Shown here in pieces: positions 40,976-51,678 of a stretch of DNA of 64,000 nucleotides. Within the stretch, counting starts at the first letter, position 1; the number at the start of each line of letters is the position of its first letter. The translations under genes and the position numbers were made by a program. This DNA comes from Antedon mediterranea (Eukaryota > Animalia > Echinodermata). Below the pieces are notes generated by a model. That model worked only from the letters and a program-made list of their open reading frames with translations, was not told the DNA's origin and did not search any database. The DNA lies in contig NC_092672.1 in assembly GCF_964355755.1 (NCBI RefSeq), forward strand, positions 14,074,001 through 14,138,000, in the 5' to 3' direction.

Positions 40976-41621
40976 TGCATGCATCACTGATTTTTAGATC
41001 AGGTTTTTCATATGGACACGGTGTAAATTATATAGGTTACTATATTGTCTATAGTTAATATATTAGAATCCCTATTGCCTCTGCTATAATAGACTGTTGG
41101 AAAACCATTTCAAATGCATTGATAAATAAATATCAATGAAACATTAGATCAAACTCAATCTTCCTAATGATAAGGAATTGGCCCCCGAGGTTCCCTTGGA
41201 ATAGTGTCAACTACCTTGGAGTAGTGCAGGCCCTACCCCCATTGTACCTTTAAATCCCGATCCACAAAGGTAGTTCTAAAATGGATGTATGAAAATCATA
41301 CAGACCTCAATTGCATTTAAAATATTAGAAATCAAAGTCCTTCAAAACATAGGCCTACTGGATTGCCAATAAAGCATTATATAAAAGAAACTACAATTTT
41401 AAATGAATGTCAATCAGAATTTAGAGAAGGACGTTTCACATAACCTTTTTGAATTCACATCATAAAAAGACTGCGCAAGGTAAATTCATTGGTATGCATA
41501 TGCCATGGGTATGGATCAGCCTTTCGATTGTGTTCAATCATTTGGACTTGGAGATCGATTTTGCTACAAAATGTAACTTTCTATTGTTTTTGAAGATATT
41601 AAGTTTAAGAAAATAATTTGT

Positions 41622-43695
41622 TCAATCAATCAATCAATCAATCAATAATTTTTATTTCTCAAATAAAAACAAAAAACAGTTAACATTTTCTAAAAATAAT
41701 AGATAATAAATGAGAGAAAGGGGTACCCCACAGGAAGCTTAAGCTTTAAAATGTGGGGTCCTGGCAACATAATTAAAAATAAGGTAAGGTAAGAAATATA
41801 TATAATATATGATAATGAACATAAAAAGACATTTAACTTAACAAATGCAGTTATTATTTGACTTAAGACAGATATATGATCAACTTAAATAATAATAGTA
41901 GAAACAAGGTATTCATTTAGTTTGAACTTAAATGAAGATATAAAATTAATAATTTTAATTTCATCTGGTAAAGAATTCCATATTTTTGGTCCTTGAAAAG
42001 TTATATCATGCTTGCCAACCTCCGTATTAAAACAATCATAAGCATAATCAAATTTATTTCTGGTATTATAATTATGAACTGAACTAAAAGTTTGAAAATA
42101 AGTATCAAAAATTCTGGGCAGTTGATTATGTTTGAATTTAAACATAAATAAAGCAACATTTTTTGTAAGTAAGTCGTAAATATTAAGTGTATTAGATAAG
42201 ACAAAAAGAGGAGCAGAATGGTGGAGGTAATGAACATTATAAACTGATCTTAAAGCTCTTTTTTGCAAAATATAAATACGGTTTAAATTAATTTTTGAAG
42301 TAAAACCCCAAACGGTTATACCATAAATTAAATGTGACAAAAAGAGTGATTTATAAATTAATAGTAAAACGGAGGAAGGCAAGGCATGTTTGAGTTTATT
42401 GAGGACACCGACCACTCTTGATAGTTTTAATGAAATTGTATTAATATGAGAAATAAAAGATACGTATTCGTCAATAAAAATGCCAAGAAATGTTGTTGCT
42501 TTAGTTCTTTCAATTTCGCTGATGCCGTAATATAATTTAGGAATGTTGGGGGGGGGGGGGATTAGTTTATTAACTGAACGAAAAATAATAAATTTGGTTT
42601 TTTTAATATTTAACGATAGCTTATTTGATTTTAACCAGTTTGCAATTTTAGTAAGTTCTTGATTCATTAAAATAATAGCTTGGTAGATGTCCTTATGATT
42701 AATAAATAAACTTGTATCATCTGCAAACATAACAATTTCAGCACAATCACTAATATAATTTAAATCATTAATAAATAACAGAAATAAAAGCGGACCAAGG
42801 ATAGATCCCTGTGGAACACCACACGAAACTGGCCGTAGCTCAGAGACAATATCATTGATTGATATATATTGATGTCTGTTACTTAAATAATTTTCAAACC
42901 ACTTAAGTGGTATACCTCTTATACCATAGAAACGTAACTTATTAATTAAAATATCATGAGAAATACAATCAAAAGCCTTTGACAGGTCAATAAAAACTCC
43001 TAAAGTAAATTGTTTATTATCAATAGCAGACAAAATATTATGGATTGAATGATGGATGGCATGTATTGTAGAATGTTGGGAACGAAAACCAAACTGAGAA
43101 TTGCTGAGGATGTTAAACTTTGTAAGAAATGAAATAGTTTGATCATAAACTATTCTTTCAAGTAGTTTAGAAATAGTTGGCAAGATGGAGATGGGCCTAT
43201 AGTTATTGATATTTGAGACCTCACCACCTTTATGGATGGGTACAACTTTAGCAATTTTCATTGCATTTGGAACCACACCCTTTACTAAAGACATGTTCAT
43301 TATGAATGTTAGTGGTATAGCTAATGCCAATGGACATATCTTTAGTATATATGGACCAATGTTATCAAAACCAGCAGCTGTTGATTTTAAATTATTTATG
43401 TATGTTACTAATTCTTGTTCACATACAGGTTTGAAAAATAATGATGAAGGAAAATTACCCTGAAGGAAATCATTGTAAGGTTGAACATTGCCATTGAATG
43501 GAGTATTCGAAAAAGAATTTGCAATATTTGAGAAAAATGAATTAAAAGCTTCGGCTTTTTCTTTGTCATTCACATTGACCATTTATTAGTTTAGCTGGGA
43601 ATGAATTTTTCCTTTTTCTACCCATTACATTATTAATTTCGCGCCATGTACTTTTCATATCACCTTCACATTTACCAAATACATTGTTATAGTGC
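41622..43695 (-). mobile_element. 5'-truncated CR1-group LINE (Crack/Daphne/L2-like) with an intact RT-domain ORF at 41885-43582
   Basis: 565-aa ORF with NYRPISIL, QFGFR, FIDLSKAFD, GVPQGSILGPLLFLLFINDL, MFADD, FLG and GPKIWNSLP. Frameshifted upstream remnant KSTWREINNVMG. 3' UTR hairpin 41725-41759, AATAAA and (ATTG)n tail 41622-41645. No endonuclease domain. Confidence 0.93.
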
Positions 43696-44092
43696 TCTTG
43701 AATTGAATGCGTGCGTTTCTGATATTCGAATCTGTCTTTTAGAGTTCTTTGAGGAATAGTCTTGGTCTTCTGCTTCCATCATGTAGGCCTACATTAAAGA
43801 TTTCTTGTACTATAGGCCTACTCTAACTGCAACATTACTTATTGATCTCTAACCGTGACCCTAAGATCGTTGAGGAAAGGCTGGGGCCAGCCTTGAGAAC
43901 TGTACGTATAAATGGTTAAAGGATAACTCGTTAACATTTAACAATTAATTTGTTTTTTGTTCAATGCTTAAATACTTTCTTTTATTCTTTTTGCAGATGA
44001 TGATTTTTTTCTCATCATCAGAACGTCCAAAAAATATTGAATTACAAACTGTTATGGAATATACTTAGCTATGTCAATCGACTATCGGTTTG

Positions 44093-44860
44093 ATAATAAT
44101 AATAATAATAATATAATAATTTATTTAGAAGCTACACTTTTGAAACAGTGGCACACTTCTTGAATGAAGGTGCGTCCAGAGTAAGTAAAATAAAGTTAGA
44201 GAAAAAAAAGGATTTAACAATAGGCCAGATTACAGTACAAGGAAACTTGAAATAAATTATGTACAAGATTAAAAGTAATACAGGATTTAAAAAGCAAAGA
44301 ACTAATCATTTTCATTGTTGATTTCCCTTCTCTTTTTCCATGCCAGTTTGGTGAAACCTTTACAAAATCTATTGAATGCAATTTCAATATTTATAGGAAG
44401 ATCAAGTACAGGTGAACCAAGAACATACATACATTTTTGGTCTATTGTTCCATTATTAAATTGGTTCAAAACGTCAATTGCATTTGATAGATTTTCTCGA
44501 GTATTGCCAATTCCTCCAGTCTAATATTCTGGAGCGCAGGACATGAAAAAAGAAATGTCTAAGATCTTCAGTGGATTTAGAGTTACATAGGGTACAGACC
44601 GTCATTATTGCTTTTATCTGACCAGCTTGTATTAGATCGCAATTTCAATTTTATGCTTGCGCTCAAAAGTAAATATTTTTCTAGGCAGGGGGTTTCTTTA
44701 ATAATTTGATAGTCTAAAAGAGAAGATTTTAATGCAAGATCACTCCTCCAATCAATACAAGCACGTTCTTTAATCTTAGACAACATAAAGCTGGTCAGAT
44801 CTATGGGGTTATCCATCGTGTTATATATCTCTTCAAACAAATTATCTCCATATTTAGAAA
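44093..44860 (-). mobile_element. Decayed 3' fragment of a second non-LTR retrotransposon (possibly RTEX-like)
   Basis: W...KSSLLDYQIIKETPCLEKYL...KLKLRS, then a frameshifted CTLCNSKSTEDLRHFFFMSC knuckle-like motif. aataaa and (TTA)n tail at 44093-44125. Confidence 0.7.
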
Positions 44861-46449
44861 CAGTAGTATGTAAACAAGTTAAAAATGTAAAACGAAATCA
44901 TTCTGATTACAATTAAGTTGAAGCAGAGCATTAAGCAAAACCTTTGGCCAACGATGTGATTCCATATGTACAATTCGATTACAATATTTTATGCGCAAGC
45001 TATATATTTTTATACGCAAGATATTTAGCATCAGATTATGTAATCTTCCTTCTTCAATTATTTTAGACGGTACTTAAACTCACTAGAGATGGAAGGTTGG
45101 CATGAAGTACATTATTGAGATAGTCCTGATGTAAAACTGTCGCGAAAATAAATTTAATATAATTATATGCTAATTTTAAAACTCTTGCATTTTAATTCTC
45201 TTGTTCATCCTTTTTAAATATGACATGGCTGAAACCATTGATGTTTAAAGTTCCATTTTGTCGTTGTAAAAAAATACATTATAATAATAATAACAAATAC
45301 TACTGGCCTATATTCTGTATTTATTTGAAAGTCTCTATTTGTAGTGTGAAGTTAAAGATCTATTTTTGCTGTAAAGGTGCGTTAACAGTTATTAAGTTAT
45401 AAAGAAGTTCATCTGTTTATAGAGGACAAAAAGTTTTTGTTGAATATGCTTTTTAATGTTATTAAAGTTATCCACTTTGACCAAATTTTTTGATGGACAA
45501 ACATTTATTTACCTAAAAATCTGTAATTTGAAGCAAACAATAGTCAAATTGGGTTGCCAACCAATGGGTTTTTAGTTGAATTTAACCATTTTATTTTATC
45601 ATTTTATAAGTAAAAACATTATTTGTTTTTTCTACTGAAGTGATAACTTTATTAAAACTACAAAATAACCTAATCAAAGTCTGTTTAATGAATCTTCATT
45701 TTTCATATACATCTTTAAACGTTAAAAATCTTTCAAGTGTAAAATGCTGGTAAAAGAAGTACAATATACTGTACTGTAGTGCTGCCGCTTAATGGCATTC
45801 CTTGTTTTGCTGATGTTAATAATTAATAATAATAATTTATTGGAAACTTTACTTTTACAAAACAGTGGCACATTTTTATGATAAATAATAACTTAAAATA
45901 AAACAAAATTATTAACTTATAATAAATCAAAATAAATGTAAAAATAATACAATGTAGTGTGCAATACACAACATTAGCCATACAAGAATAAATAAAATAA
46001 TAACTCAAGATGAATCAAAATAAATAAAATGCAGGTATATAAATAAATAAAAATTCATTTCATAGTATGAAATAAACATAACAGTTATTATATCATAGGC
46101 CTAGTGTGGCCAATAAATCATAGTTACAGTATGTCCATTTTTTTTTAATTTCAATTGTGTTGTCAACTAGGCATATCTATTTTTTAGGATAGAAAGCCAA
46201 TGTTCGTGTAAAAAAATACTAGAAACTTATTATTTAAAAACTCCACAAACCAACCAACGTACGCGATAACCAGAAATGGTTTTTGTACGTTACGGAAACA
46301 GATCCCATTCTCAATTGAAACCAAAATAAGAAGCCGGTCGGTCGGTCGGCCGGGACCATAATTATGCGTACGTCGTACCAAAGATCTTTGGTCGTACGTT
46401 CTGAATTATAGAGGGCAACAGACAGATTTTAAAACTTATCACAGGAGGA

Positions 46450-46729
46450 CACAGGATCGCCTCTCCTTTTCGCCCCCGTCGTGTGTATCGATTGTGGCCG
46501 GCTTGGGTGGAGAGAAGAAATAAAGCGTCTGATTGGACATTATTAGAATTAGCTCGTTCCCTCATCCAATAGAATGCTTTGTTTTGAAAATTGTTGGCAC
46601 GTTGTATAATTGTAGGGGCAGTTCTTGTTTTGGAAAAGTTTCCTTGGTTGTTGTGGAGAGAACGTATGAACACAACTCAACAGCAGATAAAAAAGGTAGA
46701 GAAGAATTGTTATAAGCTTTATAAATAGG
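46450..46729 (+). promoter_or_regulatory. Candidate promoter and non-coding first exon of the gene continuing at 54282
   Basis: CpG-containing patch, CCAAT boxes in both orientations (about 46532 and 46565), donor-like AGG|GTGAGG at 46730, followed by a CTAG array as at PTPN11 exon 1. Inference only. Confidence 0.3.
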
Positions 46730-46751
46730 GTGAGGATGATGAATCATTTTA

Positions 46752-47170
46752 GAAGGCCTACTAACTAAGCCTACTATCTAGCTTATGTGGGCCTAGCCCT
46801 AGAAAATAGAGGGCCTAGGCTAGGCCTAGCCTAGGCCTAGGCCTAGCCTAGCTAGGCCTCCTAGCTAGGCTAGCCTAGCTAGGAGGCCTACCTAACTTAG
46901 AGGCTAGTAGTAGGCCTAAGGCTTTAGGCTAAGCCTACTAGCCTCTAGGTAGGCTAGGGCCGGCCTAGGCTACCTAGGCCTAGTTAAGTAGGCCTATCCT
47001 AGGCCTGACCTTTAACACTACATACTACAGTAAGGCTTAGGCCTACCTAGCTAGGCTAGCCTAGCTAGCTAGGTAGGCCTAGCCTACATATCGGCCTATA
47101 GGCTATATAAATAGGCTAGCTAGCTAGGGCCTAGCCTATAATCAACCTAGCCTAGGCCTAGCTAGCTTTA
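46752..47170. repeat. CTAG/AGGCCT palindromic low-complexity array, continuing at 51446-51570 beyond the LTR element
   Basis: Dense ctag/aggcct/gctagc words on both sides of the LTR insertion. Confidence 0.85.
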
Positions 47171-47176
47171 GAGTCC

Positions 47177-47840
47177 TGTTGTAAAACGGCCGAGAGTGCG
47201 AAGCTACTACAATTATTACACAAGGCGTACTAGCTTACCTTTTAGGCGGGACTGGTCTCTTGCCCCCTGGTGGCCCAGATGAAGTGCGATACACAGAAGA
47301 GTACGAACAGTCCACTCCGATGTGTGGCTGCTGGTAGTGATAAACACACAGGCCAGCCTAGGAGGACTAAACGTACCGTACCTTAATTCCGTTGCTGTGT
47401 ATGTGTGTGGCTACCCAGTGAGCAATCCCTCAGTACTAGCTAGGCTAGTAGGGTCGAGCTTGACCCCTTGTGGCTCGTACCTCGTAATAGTAGCAATGAG
47501 GCTTAAACTATACTATATAGGCCTATAACCTATTCAATCACAGTGAATACCTGTTGTTCCACCAATATTACCGTAGAACTGGCTTATATACCGCTCAGTC
47601 TAGGCTGGGAAGCTTACACAGGAAACCCTGCTGGCTATAGGCTAGTGTATATCAAACACCAGGGAACGTGCGTAATGGCTGATACTGATACAGCATAGGC
47701 TTAGGCCTAGTCACGATTTACGTCCGTTCCGTCTAATGTCATGCGTTCAAAGAGACCGCTCCGGCACCGGTCAGTAACGCACGTGACCTCGGGTCACACC
47801 TTGGGTCGACCCATTATTATATAAGGGGGTTTTCACTACA
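47177..47840 (-). repeat. 3' LTR (664 bp)
   Basis: Direct repeat of 50773-51441. By eye they differ by one substitution (ctcgtaat/ctcataat) and one 5-bp indel. Confidence 0.96.
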
Positions 47841-48121
47841 CTCCTCCCAATTTTATAAAGGCTGAGCCCAGTGTTCTGATGTGGTCCAGTGCCACAACAG
47901 CTGTCACTTCGGTTCGATTTACATAGACAGTGGTGTATAAGGCACAATTGGATTGTACTCTGTTGATCATGATGGTTTTTTCAATCTCATCTGCTTTGGT
48001 CCCTGCCTCCACGGTTTGAGTTCGGTTTGTCGCACAATATTCTTTTTATGTATTTCAGCCTTTGAGTCAGAGCCCATAGAAGATGACAGGTTGAGAAGCT
48101 GGGCTGCGTTCCCAACCTGCT

Positions 48122-49190
48122 CTAGTTTGACGTCTGCTTACCTTGTGACCCAAATCGACAAACCTGTTGACCGGGTTCCTGGCCCTCAACGCACACTCGG
48201 GGTGGCAATGCTGGGTCCTGTCTAACCGGTGTTGGTGTTGCCTTGGGTTGTCGTTGTAGTGTAGTTAGCAGAATATCAAATTTGGTTGTCAACTGGTTGA
48301 TTTGGTTCGACAACTCACTTACTCGGCGAGTGCCCCTGTTATCCTGTTGAACTATTTTAGACTCGACGGCTCCATCAGTGGGATCTGGGTTTGGCTATGA
48401 AGGTAACCGGTGATCCTTGGGATCAGGCTTCTTCGTTAGCCTAGGAACGGTAGGGTTCCGCTGGCTCGCCGGGCGAGTCCGACCCTTGCTAGGTTTACTT
48501 ACCTTCCGAACCTCTACCTCTGCCCCACCATCAAAAAATTCCCCTCTATACCTGGATGAGGTTGGGTGTTCCAGATGTTTAGGCATGGGGGTAAACCGGA
48601 CATGCGGCTTCACTGGCTCCTGTTGTCTCCTCGTCCGAAGGCAGAGTTCTCTCAGCCCAGTGTACTTCTCGTAAGCTGCCATTGCTTCAGTCAGGGTGGT
48701 ATAGTTCTGTTGAAGTATATACTGCCCAGCGTCAGCGTCAAGACAACCCACACAGAATTTCACAACCGCCCTCTGACAGATCCAACCTTGCGGGAGATCG
48801 CTAAAGGCTTTTCTAGTCAGTGTGAGAACTCTGTCGCCCCAATCTTCTATAGATTCTCCTTCATGCTGTACAGCAGCTTCGAATTTCACTTCCAAGACCT
48901 CAGGTAACTCTTCGGCCTTAAAGCGTTCGTCAAAAGCTTGTACGATGTGTCTGAAAGAGATATCTACATTCATGTCAGTTAAATTAATAAAATACTCAGC
49001 AGCTATGCCGGTAACGCACCAACTGAAAGCATTGCGCATTCCCCTATTGCTGAGGTCATGCTTGTCAGCGTAATTGAGGAAGCGTTCCTTAAAGAGAACC
49101 CAATTATCCTTGCCATTAAATACTAGACTTTTGGGAATATCCTTGGGCCTGAAATGCTTCTGCCGCCTAAAGGGTTCTACATTCAGTATT
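48122..49190 (-). pseudogene. gag: Gag capsid-like region, interrupted by an in-frame TAG at 48395-48397
   Basis: Frame open from about 49190: PKSLVFNGKDNWVLFKERFLNYA...FDERF...QHEGESIEDWGDRVLTLTRKAF...FCVGCLD...TLTEAM. The same frame resumes after the TAG as a coiled-coil and Pro-rich segment, ending SN* at 48122. Confidence 0.8.
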
Positions 49191-50105
49191 CCTCAAGAAT
49201 TTCCTGAAGTCAGCTAAATACGCATCATGCTCACTTTCACTATCAGAGTCATCCTCCCAGGCCCAGCCAACATGTCGTGTCTGAGGTTCACCTCTAGAGG
49301 CACGCCTTGTGGAGGGTTGAGATCTCCTATCCCTTAGTTCCCTATGATCATAACGAGGTTCATAAGAGACTGGAGTCTGTTGGGTGTTATAGGAGCTATA
49401 AAAATCTTTTCTTTCCCTATCATACATCGTGGGCCTATCTTGTGGTGCTTGGTATGTTGATGTGGCTTGGGTCTGATAATAGACTGGCGTACCACTGGTC
49501 TTATAATTAAAATGTGTCCCACAATTATCCTGCCAGGTAGATGTTTCTCGGGTATCCAGTTGGGAAGGTGTTACCCGGGTACCATGGTAGTAGGATATTG
49601 GAGTAGTGTCCTGACGTACAAGCGTTGTCCAGGTATCGTGATACGCAATTGGACTGCTGACGTTTGATTTAGGAACCCTCCCAGAATTGCACGATAAAGT
49701 ATCTACTGGTGAATCAGACAGTATATCAGAGACTCTTGTATCGTAATTCTGATTTGCCTCTGTTTTAGGATGTAGAGAAGAATATCTTGACTCTATTCCT
49801 AACCCAGAATGGTCGGGTGGATAAGCAACCTCAAGTGGTGTGCTGGTATCCCGGAGCTCACGGTAAATCGTTGAGTCTCCGTCTCTCCCTCCCCATCTCG
49901 GGTTTGGAGTGAAATCCAACCATTTCATAAACTTGCCTTTTCCTGAGCCTCTTATTATCTTCCCTATGTTATTTGGGGTGATGTTGCCATAACCCTCCCT
50001 CCATTCTATAAGTTTTTGGGCACGTGAGGCACCTATACCAGGCAAAAGGTTTAGGTCTAACATGTCGCAAAAATTAATAGAAACGAATCGGGATTTTGGA
50101 GGCAT
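49167..50105 (-). CDS. LTR-element ORF1, 312 aa: N-terminal ComEA-like helix-hairpin-helix domain plus Ser/Thr/Tyr/Pro-rich disordered region
   Basis: VSINFCDMLDLNLLPGIGASRAQKLIEWREGYG...IIRGSG fits the HhH pattern (hPGhG..A..hh). Overlaps the gag frame, which is +1 relative to it. Confidence 0.8.
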   Translation of the reverse strand: MPPKSRFVSINFCDMLDLNLLPGIGASRAQKLIEWREGYGNITPNNIGKIIRGSGKGKFMKWLDFTPNPRWGGRDGDSTIYRELRDTSTPLEVAYPPDHSGLGIESRYSSLHPKTEANQNYDTRVSDILSDSPVDTLSCNSGRVPKSNVSSPIAYHDTWTTLVRQDTTPISYYHGTRVTPSQLDTRETSTWQDNCGTHFNYKTSGTPVYYQTQATSTYQAPQDRPTMYDRERKDFYSSYNTQQTPVSYEPRYDHRELRDRRSQPSTRRASRGEPQTRHVGWAWEDDSDSESEHDAYLADFRKFLRNTECRTL

Positions 50106-50757
50106 GCTAAATTATCAAATTACAGTACTACTAAATTGTATAGAATTGAAGTAGACCCAACAATGCTATACCAATACAATATAAAATTGAATTGTGTATA
50201 ACTGAGGATTGTACTTCTTATATACTACCAGAGAAAAAATATATATAATATAATAAAAGTAACAACAACTTTCTCTAAAAGGCAATAGTAAAGAAAAACG
50301 AATTACACCTGCTTAATAGAAATCACAGTTGCTTAAGGTGATATGCAAATGAAGTCAAAGAAACGTGCGAAGTCCGCTCACAAGTGTCTTAGGAATTCAG
50401 AAGATCACACAATGGAGGATACGCTCCGCGATTCAACTTCAGCAATGCAAAAATACAATTGAAATAATTTTATAATAATGACAATAAATGAAGCTCTTTT
50501 TGCTCTGTAATAAGTTTAACTTCTCAATGGGTACTACCTGATGAAGTTCCGTTACAAAAGCATTAACGTCCACTATCAATGGCGCCTATAGAGTCGATAC
50601 AAAAATCCTTGTACTTTATTAAATATCAACTAATCGCGGTGAACCCACACCGTGCGGAATTGTTAAAAGTACAACGGGAGATTTGATCCGTTATGTCGTC
50701 TCCAGACGAACTCTTCGCTAACAAACTAAGTAACTTGGCGTCCCGAATTCACGTTTT

Positions 50758-50771
50758 TGCTCGCAGCGCCA
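50758..50771 (-). other. Primer-binding site, probably tRNA-Ser
   Basis: Minus strand TGGCGCTGCGAGCA, 1 nt inside the 5' LTR. The complement tgctcgcagcgCCA resembles the 3' end of animal tRNA-Ser(CGA). Confidence 0.75.
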
Positions 50772-50772
50772 A

Positions 50773-51441
50773 TGTTGTAAAACGGCCGAGAGTGCGAAGC
50801 TACTACAATTATTACACAAGGCGTACTAGCTTACCTTTTAGGCGGGACTGGTCTCTTGCCCCCTGGTGGCCCAGATGAAGTGCGATACACAGAAGAGTAC
50901 GAACAGTCCACTCCGATGTGTGGCTGCTGGTAGTGATAAACACACAGGCCAGCCTAGGAGGACTAAACGTACCGTACCTTAATTCCGTTGCTGTGTATGT
51001 GTGTGGCTACCCAGTGAGCAATCCCTCAGTACTAGCTAGGCTAGTAGGGTCGAGCTTGACCCCTTGTGGCTCGTACCTCATAATAGTAGCAATGAGGCTT
51101 AAACTATACTATATATTATAGGCCTATAACCTATTCAATCACAGTGAATACCTGTTGTTCCACCAATATTACCGTAGAACTGGCTTATATACCGCTCAGT
51201 CTAGGCTGGGAAGCTTACACAGGAAACCCTGCTGGCTATAGGCTAGTGTATATCAAACACCAGGGAACGTGCGTAATGGCTGATACTGATACAGCATAGG
51301 CTTAGGCCTAGTCACGATTTACGTCCGTTCCGTCTAATGTCATGCGTTCAAAGAGACCGCTCCGGCACCGGTCAGTAACGCACGTGACCTCGGGTCACAC
51401 CTTGGGTCGACCCATTATTATATAAGGGGGTTTTCACTACA
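50773..51441 (-). repeat. 5' LTR (669 bp)
   Basis: TGTAGTGAAAAC...TTTTACAACA on the minus strand, TATATAA near 51185-51191, adjacent PBS. Confidence 0.96.
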
Positions 51442-51678
51442 GTCCCTGGGCCTAGCTAGCTAGCTAGCTAGGCCTAGTACTAGCCTAGCCCTAGTATTAG
51501 CCTAGCTAGGCCTATTATTTAATATTATTAGGCCAGCCAGAGGGCAGAGAGGGGCTAGGCTAGCCTAGTTATTTTATTTTTGAAAATGTAATTAGAACTT
51601 TAAATATACGCGGCGTTAAATATATCGTGTGTCGTATAAATAGTATATAGCCTATAGGCTAGACTTGGTGGATTTTGG

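Larger units (their letters stand above)
47177..51441 (-). mobile_element. Non-autonomous Gypsy-type LTR retrotransposon (HhH ORF plus gag, pol deleted)
   Basis: LTRs 47177-47840 and 50773-51441 with TG...CA ends. TSD GTCC (47173-47176, 51442-51445), PBS 50758-50771, PPT GGGAGGAG 47841-47848. Internal region 2932 bp with no RT, RNase H or integrase. Confidence 0.95.

Noticed and set aside
41885-43582. RT ORF as the missing pol of the LTR element or as a domesticated host gene
   Set aside because: Its motifs and 3' tail are non-LTR (CR1 group), it lies outside the LTRs, and it is 5'-truncated.
47322-47528. Duplicated 67-68 aa ORFs (also 50918-51121)
   Set aside because: They are the two LTR copies read antisense from GTG starts, not a gene pair.
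49168-49174. CCCTTTA as a -1 slippery heptamer
   Set aside because: It is not in the X XXY YYZ register of ORF1, and the gag frame is +1, not -1.
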